A stretch of 64,000 nucleotides of DNA from an uncultured Erysipelotrichaceae bacterium. Its GTDB lineage: Bacteria; Bacillota_I; Bacilli_A; RFN20; CAG-826. The position numbers and the translations under genes are program-made. Every line of letters begins with the position of its first letter. Within the stretch, counting starts at the first letter, position 1. Shown here piece after piece: positions 51,192 to 59,581 of this stretch. The stretch covers positions 347 to 64,346 of the forward strand of contig CACXNV010000002.1 in NCBI GenBank assembly GCA_902769185.1, given 5' to 3'. The notes beneath the pieces are model-generated. The model made no database searches and had not been told where the DNA came from. It saw nothing but the letters and a program-made list of their open reading frames with translations.

Positions 51192-51276
51192 TGGTGCGCG
51201 GGATGAGAATCGAACTCACACATCTTGCGATATACGCCCCTCAAACGTACGCGTCTACCAGTTCCGCCACCTGCGC
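51192..51276 (-). tRNA. tRNA-Leu (GAG), long variable arm, CCA encoded
   Basis: Reverse complement GCGCAGGTGGCGGAACTGGTAGACGCGTACGTTTGAGGGGCGTA...GTGAG-TTCGATT-CTCAT-CCCGCGCACCA. Confidence 0.9.
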
Positions 51277-51382
51277 ATTTTCAAGTTGCTTGATTATTGT
51301 AAGAAAAATAATGATAAAAGACAAGTGATTTTTAGTCTTATATTTGTTAAAATATGTATCGCTATAAAGAAGGTAAACAAAA

Positions 51383-51955
51383 ATGAAAGAAATATTAGTG
51401 GAAACTAGTGCACGTCATATTCACGTCACTGAAGAACAATTTAAAATCTTATTTGGTGAAGATGCAAAGCTTGAAGTCAGAGCACCTTTATCTCAACCAG
51501 GACAATTTGTCTCTTTTTCTAGATTAGACATTGTTGGTCCTAAAAAGACTATTCCTAATGTCTCCATTCTTGGACCATTTAGAAAAGCTGGTCAAGTTGA
51601 AGTCTCCGCAACTGACGCTAGAACTTTAGGAGTTCCTGCAGTGGTTAGAGAGTCTGGCGATTTAGCAGGTTCCCCAGCTATTAAAATTGTTGGTCCTGCT
51701 GGAGAAGTGGAATTATCTGAAGGCTGTATCGTTGCTAAAAGACATATCCATATGACTCCAAAAGACGCTGAAGAATTTGGCGTGAAAAACGGAGAAATTG
51801 TTAAAGTTGAAGTTAATAATCCAGGAAGAAGCTTAATCTTTGGTGATGTCGTAGTGAGAGTAAGAGAAGATTTTGCTTTAGCAATGCATATCGACACTGA
51901 TGAAAGTAACGCTGCTGGCTGTGCTGGAACAGTTTATGGGAGAATTGTTAAATAA
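51383..51955 (+). CDS. pduL: Phosphate propanoyl/acetyl-transferase PduL
   Basis: Two PTAC repeats with SARHIHV and AKRHIHMTP histidine motifs. 190 aa. Confidence 0.88.
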   Translation: MKEILVETSARHIHVTEEQFKILFGEDAKLEVRAPLSQPGQFVSFSRLDIVGPKKTIPNVSILGPFRKAGQVEVSATDARTLGVPAVVRESGDLAGSPAIKIVGPAGEVELSEGCIVAKRHIHMTPKDAEEFGVKNGEIVKVEVNNPGRSLIFGDVVVRVREDFALAMHIDTDESNAAGCAGTVYGRIVK

Positions 51956-52203
51956 TGGAAACCATCCATTACTATCCTAAAGGAACTTGTTCTGTTGAGA
52001 TGTTTATCGACCATCAAGATGGCATCATTCAACAAGTGAAGATTATTCGTGGTTGCCGAGGTAACACTCAAGGTTTAGCGGCTTTACTTGTGGGAATGCC
52101 ACTAGAAGAAGCTTATAAACGTCTTAACGGCATTCAATGTCGAAATGGCACAAGTTGTCCAGATCAATTAGCCCAAGCTATTAAACAATACTTGAATAAA
52201 TAA
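51955..52203 (+). CDS. TSCPD-domain small protein (TIGR03905-like 4-Cys family)
   Basis: CSVEM..., RGCRGNTQGLAALL and NGTSCPDQLAQAI motifs. The ATG overlaps the pduL TAA (TAATG). Confidence 0.75.
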   Translation: METIHYYPKGTCSVEMFIDHQDGIIQQVKIIRGCRGNTQGLAALLVGMPLEEAYKRLNGIQCRNGTSCPDQLAQAIKQYLNK

Positions 52204-52220
52204 TAATATTTATATAAGAT
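52192..52220 (+). promoter_or_regulatory. Candidate promoter of the metK leader
   Basis: TTGAAT (52192-52197), 17-nt spacer, TAAGAT (52215-52220). The predicted TSS is just before P1 of the leader. Confidence 0.4.
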
Positions 52221-52227
52221 ATTAATA

Positions 52228-52375
52228 CTTATCCAGAATCGTGATAAAAAGGATGAAAAAACACGATAGCAACTCTCGGAAGAGTAAGTGCTCTCCTTAG
52301 CAAAGTCCCAGAACTTTGATCGATAAGTTGAGAAGAAAATAACTTCTCCCAATTCTGGGGGAAGTTTTATTTTTA
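52228..52375 (+). promoter_or_regulatory. S-box (SAM-I-like) riboswitch with an intrinsic terminator, upstream of metK
   Basis: P1 is cttatc (52228-52233) / gataag (52322-52327), giving a four-way junction. P2 is atcgtg...cacgat. P3 is AGCAaCUCU-cgga-AGAGuaagUGCU, resembling the GGCAACC...GGUGC core. P4 is caaagu...acuuug. Terminator: aacttctccc aattct gggggaagtt plus a T run (52341-52375). Confidence 0.7.
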
Positions 52376-52390
52376 TAGAAGGTAATCATC

Positions 52391-53554
52391 ATGAAAGAAA
52401 AAATCTTATTTACATCCGAATCTGTCTCTGAAGGTCATCCAGACAAAGTATGCGATCAAATTAGTGACGCTGTTTTAGATGCGTGCTTAAAAGTGGATCC
52501 TAATGCCCATGTGGCGTGTGAGACTTTTGCCACAACAGATTTTATCCTTGTCGGAGGAGAAATCACTTGTAAAGAAAAAGTCGATATTCCTCAAATTGTT
52601 AAAGATGTATTAAAGAAGATTGGTTATGATAAACCTGAGTATGGATGTGATTATCACACGATTGAAATCGTTGATAAGACCAAACAACAATCGCCTGATA
52701 TCAATCAAGGAGTAAATCAAAAGAAACCTGAAGATTTAGGAGCAGGTGACCAAGGGTTAATGTTTGGTTACGCCACAAATGAAACTAGTGGTTATATGCC
52801 ACTAGCAATTTCTATTGCCCATAAACTTGTTAGAGATGCCTCTGAAAAACGCCACAAAGGGCTATTTAAGGGTGCTAGACCAGATATGAAGAGTCAAGTG
52901 ACTATCGACTACACTGACCCTAAACATATTCGTATCGATAATATGTTAATGTCAGTTCAACATGATGAAGACGTTAATCTAGACGAATTTAAAGAATATA
53001 TTCATAAGAATATTATGCAAGAAGTTGCTAAATCATTTGGTTTAAATACTGACTTTAAATATTTAATTAATCCAACCGGTAGATTTGTTTTAGGTGGACC
53101 TGCTGGAGATACTGGCTTAACTGGTAGAAAAATAATTGTCGATACCTATGGTGGCTCCGCTAATCACGGAGGAGGTGCTTTCTCTGGGAAAGACCCATCT
53201 AAAGTTGATAGAAGTGGAGCCTATATGGCCCGATATATCGCTAAAAACTTAGTGGCAGCAGGAGTTGCGGACCGCTTAGAAGTACAGCTATCTTATGCGA
53301 TTGGAGTTAATTATCCATTAAGTATTGGAGTTAAAACTTTTAAAACTAGTAAATATCCAGATGAAAAGATTTTAGAAGTTATCCATAAAGTATTTGATTG
53401 TCGACCAGGAATTATTATTAAAAATTTCTCACTTAAAAAGCCATCATTTAAATATCAGGATATTTCTAATTATGGTCACTTTGGTCGTCCAGATATCGAT
53501 TTGCCTTGGGAAAAACTAGATAAAGTAGACGAAATTAAAGAATTATTAAAATAA
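52391..53554 (+). CDS. metK: S-adenosylmethionine synthase
   Basis: SESVSEGHPDKVCDQISD, GAGDQGLMFGYA and GGGAFSGKDPSKVDRS motifs. Confidence 0.97.
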   Translation: MKEKILFTSESVSEGHPDKVCDQISDAVLDACLKVDPNAHVACETFATTDFILVGGEITCKEKVDIPQIVKDVLKKIGYDKPEYGCDYHTIEIVDKTKQQSPDINQGVNQKKPEDLGAGDQGLMFGYATNETSGYMPLAISIAHKLVRDASEKRHKGLFKGARPDMKSQVTIDYTDPKHIRIDNMLMSVQHDEDVNLDEFKEYIHKNIMQEVAKSFGLNTDFKYLINPTGRFVLGGPAGDTGLTGRKIIVDTYGGSANHGGGAFSGKDPSKVDRSGAYMARYIAKNLVAAGVADRLEVQLSYAIGVNYPLSIGVKTFKTSKYPDEKILEVIHKVFDCRPGIIIKNFSLKKPSFKYQDISNYGHFGRPDIDLPWEKLDKVDEIKELLK

Positions 53555-53591
53555 TTGAATTTGATGTATTTTTTTGATTAAATATATTTGC

Positions 53592-53668
53592 AAATGGCTT
53601 GGGGACCTTAGTTGTCCGCGCCGATGTAGGATGACTTGTTCATCTGATGGCGGAGCCATTTTTTTTAT
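53592..53668 (+). terminator. Long branched hairpin plus T8 run after metK (terminator; possibly also a stand-alone ~70-nt sRNA)
   Basis: Closing stem aaatggct / agccattt (53592-53599 / 53654-61). Inner hairpins ggac...gtcc and ccgatgtaggatga-cttgt-tcatctgatggcgg. Followed by tttttttt. Confidence 0.6.
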
Positions 53669-53801
53669 ACACTTGACCTAATATTATATAAAGAATGAAA
53701 AATTTAAAAGCAAATATAAAACAACGTCTATTAACTAAGTTAATAATATTATTTAGATTATAAAAGTTATTCATTAGTCCTATCAAAATAGGACTGGAAA
53801 T

Positions 53802-53809
53802 TGTATAAT
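53802..53809 (+). promoter_or_regulatory. Extended -10 element (TGTATAAT) of the hpf promoter
   Basis: Perfect TGnTATAAT about 50 nt upstream of the hpf ATG. The weak -35 region is occupied by the inverted repeat at 53776-53795. Confidence 0.5.
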
Positions 53810-53859
53810 AAAAGTGTCTAAAAATCCTATTTCAGTGATTTGGAAAGGAGCTAAATATC

Positions 53860-54411
53860 ATGAAATATGTAATTACTGGTAAAAACATTGGAGTTACCGA
53901 AGGTATTTCTAATGCTTTACAAACAAAACTTGCCAAGATGGACAAGTACTTCCTTATTAACGACGAAGTTGAATGTCGTTGTGTTGTTTCTGCTCATAAA
54001 GAAGCACAAAAAGTGGAAGTTACAATCTTTTTACCTTCCATGCCTTTAAGAGCGGAAGTTGAGCATCAAGATTTATACGCTGCAATCGATTTAGTGGTGG
54101 ATAAGCTTGAAGGTCAAATGAGAAAAATTAAAACTAGAATGGATAGAAGTAATGGCCGTATCTCTTTAGGCAAAGCCATTAACTTTGAAGAAATCAAAGA
54201 CGAAAAGAGAAACGAAGAAGAAGATGTAGTGGTCCGCACTAAATCTTACTATTTACAACCTATGTCTATTGAAGAAGCCATTACTAGAATGGAAGCTTTA
54301 GGACATGACTTCTTTGTTTATTTAGATGAAGAAGATGACCGTATCTCTACTGTCTATATTAGAAAAGACGGAGGATATGGAGTCATTCAAGCAGAGAATC
54401 CTATTAAATAA
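53860..54411 (+). CDS. hpf: Ribosome hibernation promoting factor (long HPF)
   Basis: N-terminal RaiA/HPF fold (ITGKNIGVTEGI...KLAKMDKYF) plus a C-terminal dimerisation domain (MSIEEAITRMEALGHDFFVYLD). Confidence 0.9.
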   Translation: MKYVITGKNIGVTEGISNALQTKLAKMDKYFLINDEVECRCVVSAHKEAQKVEVTIFLPSMPLRAEVEHQDLYAAIDLVVDKLEGQMRKIKTRMDRSNGRISLGKAINFEEIKDEKRNEEEDVVVRTKSYYLQPMSIEEAITRMEALGHDFFVYLDEEDDRISTVYIRKDGGYGVIQAENPIK

Positions 54412-54430
54412 TTATTATTTTTAATAATAA

Positions 54431-54464
54431 AAAAAGGTCTTAGTTCAAATCGCTAAGACCTTTT
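54431..54464. terminator. Bidirectional terminator between hpf and the lipoprotein gene
   Basis: aaaaggtcttag / ctaagacctttt, a 12-bp stem including the A/T extension. Confidence 0.8.
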
Positions 54465-54478
54465 AAATTTTGTTAATA

Positions 54479-55315
54479 TCAATAGACGTAATAAACGCAG
54501 AATTGCATAACGTAATCAGAGCCATCTAGGTATGTACCGATTTGCACTTCTATGGAATTTGCTTCATCAACATAGGTAGTGAAATATCCATCATCGCCAT
54601 TATCCCATTGTCCAGCGGTAGGAGCTTCAGATTCTTCTAAGTAATCTGGTAGATAAGTAATTGCTTCAAGACAAGTTTCTTCTAAAGAAGTAGCGCCATC
54701 TAATACACAACCAATATAAGCGTCGTCTTGTTCCCATTCAATATCGCTGGAAGTTAAGCTTAAATTTGTGGCAATATCATTCGCAACACTTGCAACAGTT
54801 CTTTCATCTCCTGGATCAACTGGACCTACTGGGGTACTTCCTCCACCTGAGAATGTCCCTGTAACTTTCATTTCAGTAATACGGATTTGGCCTTTACTGC
54901 CTAATGTAAACGTAATTTTGCTGGCGCTACCAGACCAAATTGTTCCATTAAGGGTGCCAACACTTGGGCTCATTGTCTGACTGTCTTTAATTGTATATGT
55001 AAATTCAATTTTAGTGATTTCACTTGCTGATAGAGTTAAAGTATTTAAAGCGTATAATCTTAGAGATTTATCTTCTGCATCGGTTCCTTCCCAATATTTT
55101 GGAGCAGCAGACTGATTTTCTCCTTGTTCTGCTTTTATTGTTAATCCAGGATCAGCAGTGACTGTAGGATTTTCTTGTCCGCTTTTCCATCCCATTTTAG
55201 GCATTTCAAAAGTAAAAGTTCCAGTAACTGGTCCTGATGTTCCTTGGCCAGAATCATTACCACACCCTGTTAGGAGCAGCCCCATTAATACTGGTAATAA
55301 GAATAGTTTTTTCAT
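54479..55315 (-). CDS. Lipoprotein, unknown function
   Basis: Signal peptide with lipobox MKKLFLLPVLMGLLLTGC. Gly/Ser/Thr-rich beta-type middle region. Acidic C-terminal module resembling the repeats of the 61789 lipoprotein. Confidence 0.7.
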   Translation of the reverse strand: MKKLFLLPVLMGLLLTGCGNDSGQGTSGPVTGTFTFEMPKMGWKSGQENPTVTADPGLTIKAEQGENQSAAPKYWEGTDAEDKSLRLYALNTLTLSASEITKIEFTYTIKDSQTMSPSVGTLNGTIWSGSASKITFTLGSKGQIRITEMKVTGTFSGGGSTPVGPVDPGDERTVASVANDIATNLSLTSSDIEWEQDDAYIGCVLDGATSLEETCLEAITYLPDYLEESEAPTAGQWDNGDDGYFTTYVDEANSIEVQIGTYLDGSDYVMQFCVYYVY

Positions 55316-55501
55316 AAAGTTTGTTCCCCCTCTTAATCTAATATTAAGTATATTTTTAAAATGTTCACCTGTAAATAATTGATAAAACTTTTATGTAGTT
55401 TTATTTAACTTGTGTATAATATTAGCAGTCTCAATATATTAGAAGTTAATTGTCCGTAGGTGAAGTTAATCTTCCCTAATGTATTGAAGGAGGCTATATC
55501 A

Positions 55502-56344
55502 ATGAAAAACATTAATCAATACAATTTTGATATCATTCACGTTGCTACACATTTAAGAGACACTCTTGAATATGTTTTACCACGTGAACATGATGAGAAG
55601 GTTTATAACCAAAGAAAAGAAGTTTTAACCAAAGGTTTATCTAAAGAAACCCCACTTGGAAAATTCTTAGAAGCTAACAAAGATAAGTTCACAGAATTAT
55701 TAAAGAATTATGATGAACTTTTAGAAGAAGTTTATGGCGATAATTCCACAATTTTAATGAAAACCGCTGAAGGAAAAATTAGGGTGGATCATTCTCAACA
55801 TTTAAGAATCTATGAATTAGTGACATCGATGATGGAACCAATTAGAGATGTGATTTATTTCCATGTTAATTTAGCGAGAAAACAAAATGAGAACGAACCA
55901 GTTATTGAAGAATTAATGCCTTATGATGATAGACAATATCGTTTATTTGCTTATTTATTAATGATGCAAGACTTCCAAAAATCATTCTTTGAATTTCAAA
56001 AAGTGATGGGTGAAGCAGGAGGAAAACCAACTCCACAATCTAACTTTATCGTTCAAAATGAATTAGCAAAATATGCGAGAATGTTAAGAAACATTAGAGA
56101 ACACACAAGATTCACTGATAATGAAACATTAGATGTTTTAGATAAGTGTTTACAAGTTGTGGAAATGTCTGAAGGTAGAAGAGATAGAAGAGATAATAGA
56201 AACTTCCCAGACCTATTTAAAGAAGCTTTAGATGGAGTAAACGCTAAATTCACATTAAACGGACCAAAATGGCAAGAGAAGTTCAATAAAGCACTTCAAG
56301 AAATGCTTGCGGATATCCGTAATAACTCTTCCGCTAAAGCGTAA
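55502..56344 (+). CDS. Hypothetical helical cytoplasmic protein
   Basis: Long ORF with a GAAGGAGG RBS 7 nt before the ATG at 55502 (the track start at 55460 precedes the RBS). I recognise no motif. Confidence 0.5.
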   Translation: MKNINQYNFDIIHVATHLRDTLEYVLPREHDEKVYNQRKEVLTKGLSKETPLGKFLEANKDKFTELLKNYDELLEEVYGDNSTILMKTAEGKIRVDHSQHLRIYELVTSMMEPIRDVIYFHVNLARKQNENEPVIEELMPYDDRQYRLFAYLLMMQDFQKSFFEFQKVMGEAGGKPTPQSNFIVQNELAKYARMLRNIREHTRFTDNETLDVLDKCLQVVEMSEGRRDRRDNRNFPDLFKEALDGVNAKFTLNGPKWQEKFNKALQEMLADIRNNSSAKA

Positions 56345-56366
56345 TTATTAATTTGGAGACTAAACT

Positions 56367-56729
56367 ATGAAGAAAAAACTCAAACAACTTTCTTTATTTG
56401 AAATAATCGCCTATTCCGTATTGCTATTATTGGGATTATGGGGATTAGTTTATACTTTATTAGGTTTTATTTGTGAGTTCTTAAGTATTAATAGTGGACT
56501 TAGATATGCGAATAATTATGTAAGAAATGTATTTGGAACTAACTTCCTTGCATGTGGCTTAATTGTTCTTGGTGTTAGTGTGGTTGCTGCTATTATCGTT
56601 TTATTAGTCAACGCTAAGAAAAGCGATCGTGACTTTGAAAAAGCTCAAAGAAGAGCGGCTAGACTTAAGAAAAGACCTGAAGAAGAAGTTGTTGATGTTT
56701 CTTCAGAAAAAGTTGAGGTCAATGGATAA
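56367..56729 (+). CDS. Small 2-TM membrane protein with a charged C-terminal tail
   Basis: Two hydrophobic helices, then KKSDRDFEKAQRRAARLKKRPEEE. GGAGA RBS. Sits 22 nt after the preceding gene. Confidence 0.45.
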   Translation: MKKKLKQLSLFEIIAYSVLLLLGLWGLVYTLLGFICEFLSINSGLRYANNYVRNVFGTNFLACGLIVLGVSVVAAIIVLLVNAKKSDRDFEKAQRRAARLKKRPEEEVVDVSSEKVEVNG

Positions 56730-56750
56730 GAGGTTAAAAACCTCTTTTTC
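56728..56750 (+). terminator. Rho-independent terminator
   Basis: aagaggtt aaaa aacctctt followed by ttt. Confidence 0.7.
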
Positions 56751-56759
56751 TTAATTAAT

Positions 56760-57536
56760 ATGGTTATTGTTATTACCGGTGGTAGCAGTGGAATCGGCCT
56801 AGAAACCGCTAGGCTATTTTCTAATTGTCCTGATAATATCGTTTACGTTTTAAATAGAAGAGAAATAAAAGAAAATAACATTCATTGGATTAAATGTGAT
56901 TTATCAGATGTTAGTTCAATTAAATCCGCTATTGAGTTAATAACAAAGAAACACAAAATAATTAACTTGTTAATTAATAATGCGGGAATGGGTATTTCTG
57001 GAGCGGTGGAATATCACACTGAAGAAGAAATAAAAAAGATTATTGATGTTAATTTATTAGGTTTAATTAATGTTACTAGATTATCTCTTCCATATATGAC
57101 TAAGGGAAGCAAGATCATGAATATCTCAAGTGTTGCTGGCCCTATTTCTATTCCTTTTCAAACAATGTATTCTGTCTCTAAAGCAGGTGTATTAGCCTTT
57201 TCTAATGGTTTAAGAAATGAACTTAGACCTTTAGATATAAAAGTGACTTCTATTTTACCTGGAGACACTAAAACCGGCTTTACTGCTTCTAGAGAAAAAA
57301 GTGTAGATAATGGTAGATATGGAGATCATATTTCTAAATCGGTTTCCAAAATGGAAAAAGATGAATCTAGTGGGGTACCTGCTTATAAAGTCGCTAAAAA
57401 AATATATAAAGTGAGCAAAAAGAAAAACCCAAATACATATTACGCAGTGGGCTTATCTTATAGATTTTTAGTGTTCCTTTCACGTATCTTACCAAAAAGA
57501 CTCGTGAACTGGATTATATTTAAGATTTACGGCTAA
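56760..57536 (+). CDS. Short-chain dehydrogenase/reductase
   Basis: ITGGSSGIG cofactor motif, NNAG, and catalytic YSVSK. Confidence 0.85.
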   Translation: MVIVITGGSSGIGLETARLFSNCPDNIVYVLNRREIKENNIHWIKCDLSDVSSIKSAIELITKKHKIINLLINNAGMGISGAVEYHTEEEIKKIIDVNLLGLINVTRLSLPYMTKGSKIMNISSVAGPISIPFQTMYSVSKAGVLAFSNGLRNELRPLDIKVTSILPGDTKTGFTASREKSVDNGRYGDHISKSVSKMEKDESSGVPAYKVAKKIYKVSKKKNPNTYYAVGLSYRFLVFLSRILPKRLVNWIIFKIYG

Positions 57537-58636
57537 TCCGCAAAGTCGAAATCTAATACAACAAAGAATTGATAATTTTTATGAAGTTCGCTTAATTCCT
57601 TAACAAGCGAATTTTTTATTTCTTCTTGATTTGGCGCTTCATAATCAATAATTAAATCAAATGAGACAACATTAGTTTCAACATCAACATAGAAGCCGTG
57701 CACTTGTTTAATTGCAGGATAATTTTTCACAAGGCGATATAAGTCTTCTCTTATAGCCTTTACTTCTGGTACAGAAGAGTTGGTGGCGTAGATTCCTACT
57801 GTTAAAATTACTCCAAATTTTTCATAGGCTGCTAAAGAGATTTTTCTAGTTAAAGGATGAATTTCTTTTGCGGTTAAATCATCTCTAACTTCAATATGAA
57901 TGGAGCCAATTGATCGATTAGGTCCATAATCATTTAAGATTAAATCATAAGAACCAATAACTTCTGGAAAGGAATTTACTAATTGTTTAATCCCTAGAGC
58001 AATTTCTCTTTCGGCGCGTTTGCCAACAATACTGCTAATGGCGTTAAGTAAGAACTCAATACCGCTTTTAATGATAAATAAACCAATTAAGATACCTAAG
58101 TATCCTTCAATATGGACTCCAGCATACATTGCAACTATTGCGCCTATTAAGGTAGATAGTGATAACAAAGCATCAAATAAGGCATCTACTCCAGAAGCTT
58201 TTAAGGCATCGCTTTTTGTTTTTTTGCCCATCATTCTAAAGAATAATCCAAGAGCGAGTTTAAATAAGATGGCGACACTGATAACAATTAAACTGATATA
58301 AGTATAATTAGCTTGTGTTTTACTAATTAAAGAACTAATTGATTCATATATTGCGGTGCCACCAGCAATTAAAACAATGATAGCGACTATTAAAGTAGTG
58401 ACATATTCAATTCTGCCATGTCCATAAGGATGGTCTTTATCTGGTTTTTTAGTAGATAATTTAGTGCCAATTACAGTAACAATACTACTTAAAGCATCAG
58501 TTAAGTTATTAATCGCATCTAAGATAATAGAAATAGATCCTGCGATTATACCAATTGTGGCTTTAGCGGCAACTAATAAAACATTACCTAAAATGCCAAT
58601 TATACTTGTTCTAATGATTAGTTTTTCTCTATTCAT
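57533..58636 (-). CDS. Cation diffusion facilitator (CDF) metal efflux transporter
   Basis: 6 TM helices. ILDAINNLTDALSS and HPYGHGRIEY motifs. Cytoplasmic C-terminal domain. Confidence 0.85.
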   Translation of the reverse strand: MNREKLIIRTSIIGILGNVLLVAAKATIGIIAGSISIILDAINNLTDALSSIVTVIGTKLSTKKPDKDHPYGHGRIEYVTTLIVAIIVLIAGGTAIYESISSLISKTQANYTYISLIVISVAILFKLALGLFFRMMGKKTKSDALKASGVDALFDALLSLSTLIGAIVAMYAGVHIEGYLGILIGLFIIKSGIEFLLNAISSIVGKRAEREIALGIKQLVNSFPEVIGSYDLILNDYGPNRSIGSIHIEVRDDLTAKEIHPLTRKISLAAYEKFGVILTVGIYATNSSVPEVKAIREDLYRLVKNYPAIKQVHGFYVDVETNVVSFDLIIDYEAPNQEEIKNSLVKELSELHKNYQFFVVLDFDFAD

Positions 58637-59075
58637 CTTTAAAACCTTCTAAGACTTTATATAGTAAGCGATATAACTCCTTAGCCTCTTCTGGACTAAG
58701 TTTTACTTCTTTAGCAATTTGAGGCGGAATCTCATATGCTTCTTTTTTTAATTCTAATCCTTTATTAGTTAAAGAGATAATTAATTCTCGATTATCACTT
58801 GGTAAAGCTTTTTTAGATATATATCCTTTAACTAATAATTTATTAAGTAAAGGAGTAAGAGTGCCGCTATCTAGATAGAGTTTTTCTCCGATTTCTTTAA
58901 CAGAAACATGGTCTTTTTCCCAAAGAACCATCAAAACTATATACTGAGTATATGTGATATCTAATTTATCTAAAAACGGTTTATATTTCCTAGTGATCTC
59001 TTTTCCAGAGGCATATAAAGGAAAACATAACTGATTAGATAATTTTAAAGTATCGTCAGGATTAAATTCCTTCAT
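58629..59075 (-). CDS. ohrR: MarR-family regulator, OhrR-type (peroxide-sensing Cys)
   Basis: LKLSNQLCFPLYA (the conserved reactive-Cys context of OhrR) and a winged HTH (VSVKEIGEKLYLDSGTLTPLLNKL). Confidence 0.8.
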   Translation of the reverse strand: MKEFNPDDTLKLSNQLCFPLYASGKEITRKYKPFLDKLDITYTQYIVLMVLWEKDHVSVKEIGEKLYLDSGTLTPLLNKLLVKGYISKKALPSDNRELIISLTNKGLELKKEAYEIPPQIAKEVKLSPEEAKELYRLLYKVLEGFKDE

Positions 59076-59554
59076 TATTTCGCTAAAGCTTCCTTAATCT
59101 TTTCTTCGAATTTAAATGGTTTTTCAGTTGGCTCAAATCTTCCTAATACTTCGCCTTCTCTAGAAACTAAGAATTTAGTGAAGTTCCATTTCACTTTCTT
59201 ATATTTGCCTTTTTCGTTTTGAGAACATAAATAAGTAAATAATGGTTCAGCATTATCACCTTTAACATCAACTTTCTTAAATCTTGGGAATTTAGTGTTG
59301 AACTTTAAAGAGCAGATTTGATTAATTTCTTCATCGCTATGAGGTGCTTGATGGAAGAATTGATTACATGGGAAATCTAAAACTTCAAAACCTTGTTCGT
59401 GATATTTCTCATATAAAGCCTCTAATTCTTCATATTGTGGGGTAAAACCACACTTGGTAGCAGTGTTAACAATTAATAACACTTTACCCTTATATTGGCT
59501 TAAGGAGACGTCTTCTCCCTTTTGACTTTTAACTACAAATTCGTGAACTGACAT
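59075..59554 (-). CDS. Glutathione-peroxidase-family thiol peroxidase
   Basis: NTATKCGFT, FPCNQF and WNFTKFLV motifs. Confidence 0.9.
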   Translation of the reverse strand: MSVHEFVVKSQKGEDVSLSQYKGKVLLIVNTATKCGFTPQYEELEALYEKYHEQGFEVLDFPCNQFFHQAPHSDEEINQICSLKFNTKFPRFKKVDVKGDNAEPLFTYLCSQNEKGKYKKVKWNFTKFLVSREGEVLGRFEPTEKPFKFEEKIKEALAK

Positions 59555-59581
59555 AACTATATCCTCCCATTCACTAAATAA

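Noticed and set aside
52164-52352. ORF 52164..52352 (-)
   Set aside because: It covers the metK S-box leader on the opposite strand. The RNA structure plus terminator explains the region.
53592-53668. Possibility that the branched hairpin is the small SRP (4.5S) RNA
   Set aside because: It lacks the conserved domain IV features: a GNRA apical tetraloop and the GGAAG...AGCA symmetric-loop motifs. The apical loop here is CUUGU.
53695-53763. 22-codon ORF (MKNLKANIKQRLLTKLIILFRL) in the metK-hpf spacer
   Set aside because: It has no SD. The nearby TTGACC has no properly spaced -10. In AT-rich intergenic DNA this is most likely chance.
54768-55382. ORFs 54768..54980 (+) and 55158..55382 (+)
   Set aside because: They are antisense to the lipoprotein gene, which has a clear signal peptide and lipobox. 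The Pro/Gly-rich translation is an artefact of the GC-richer gene.
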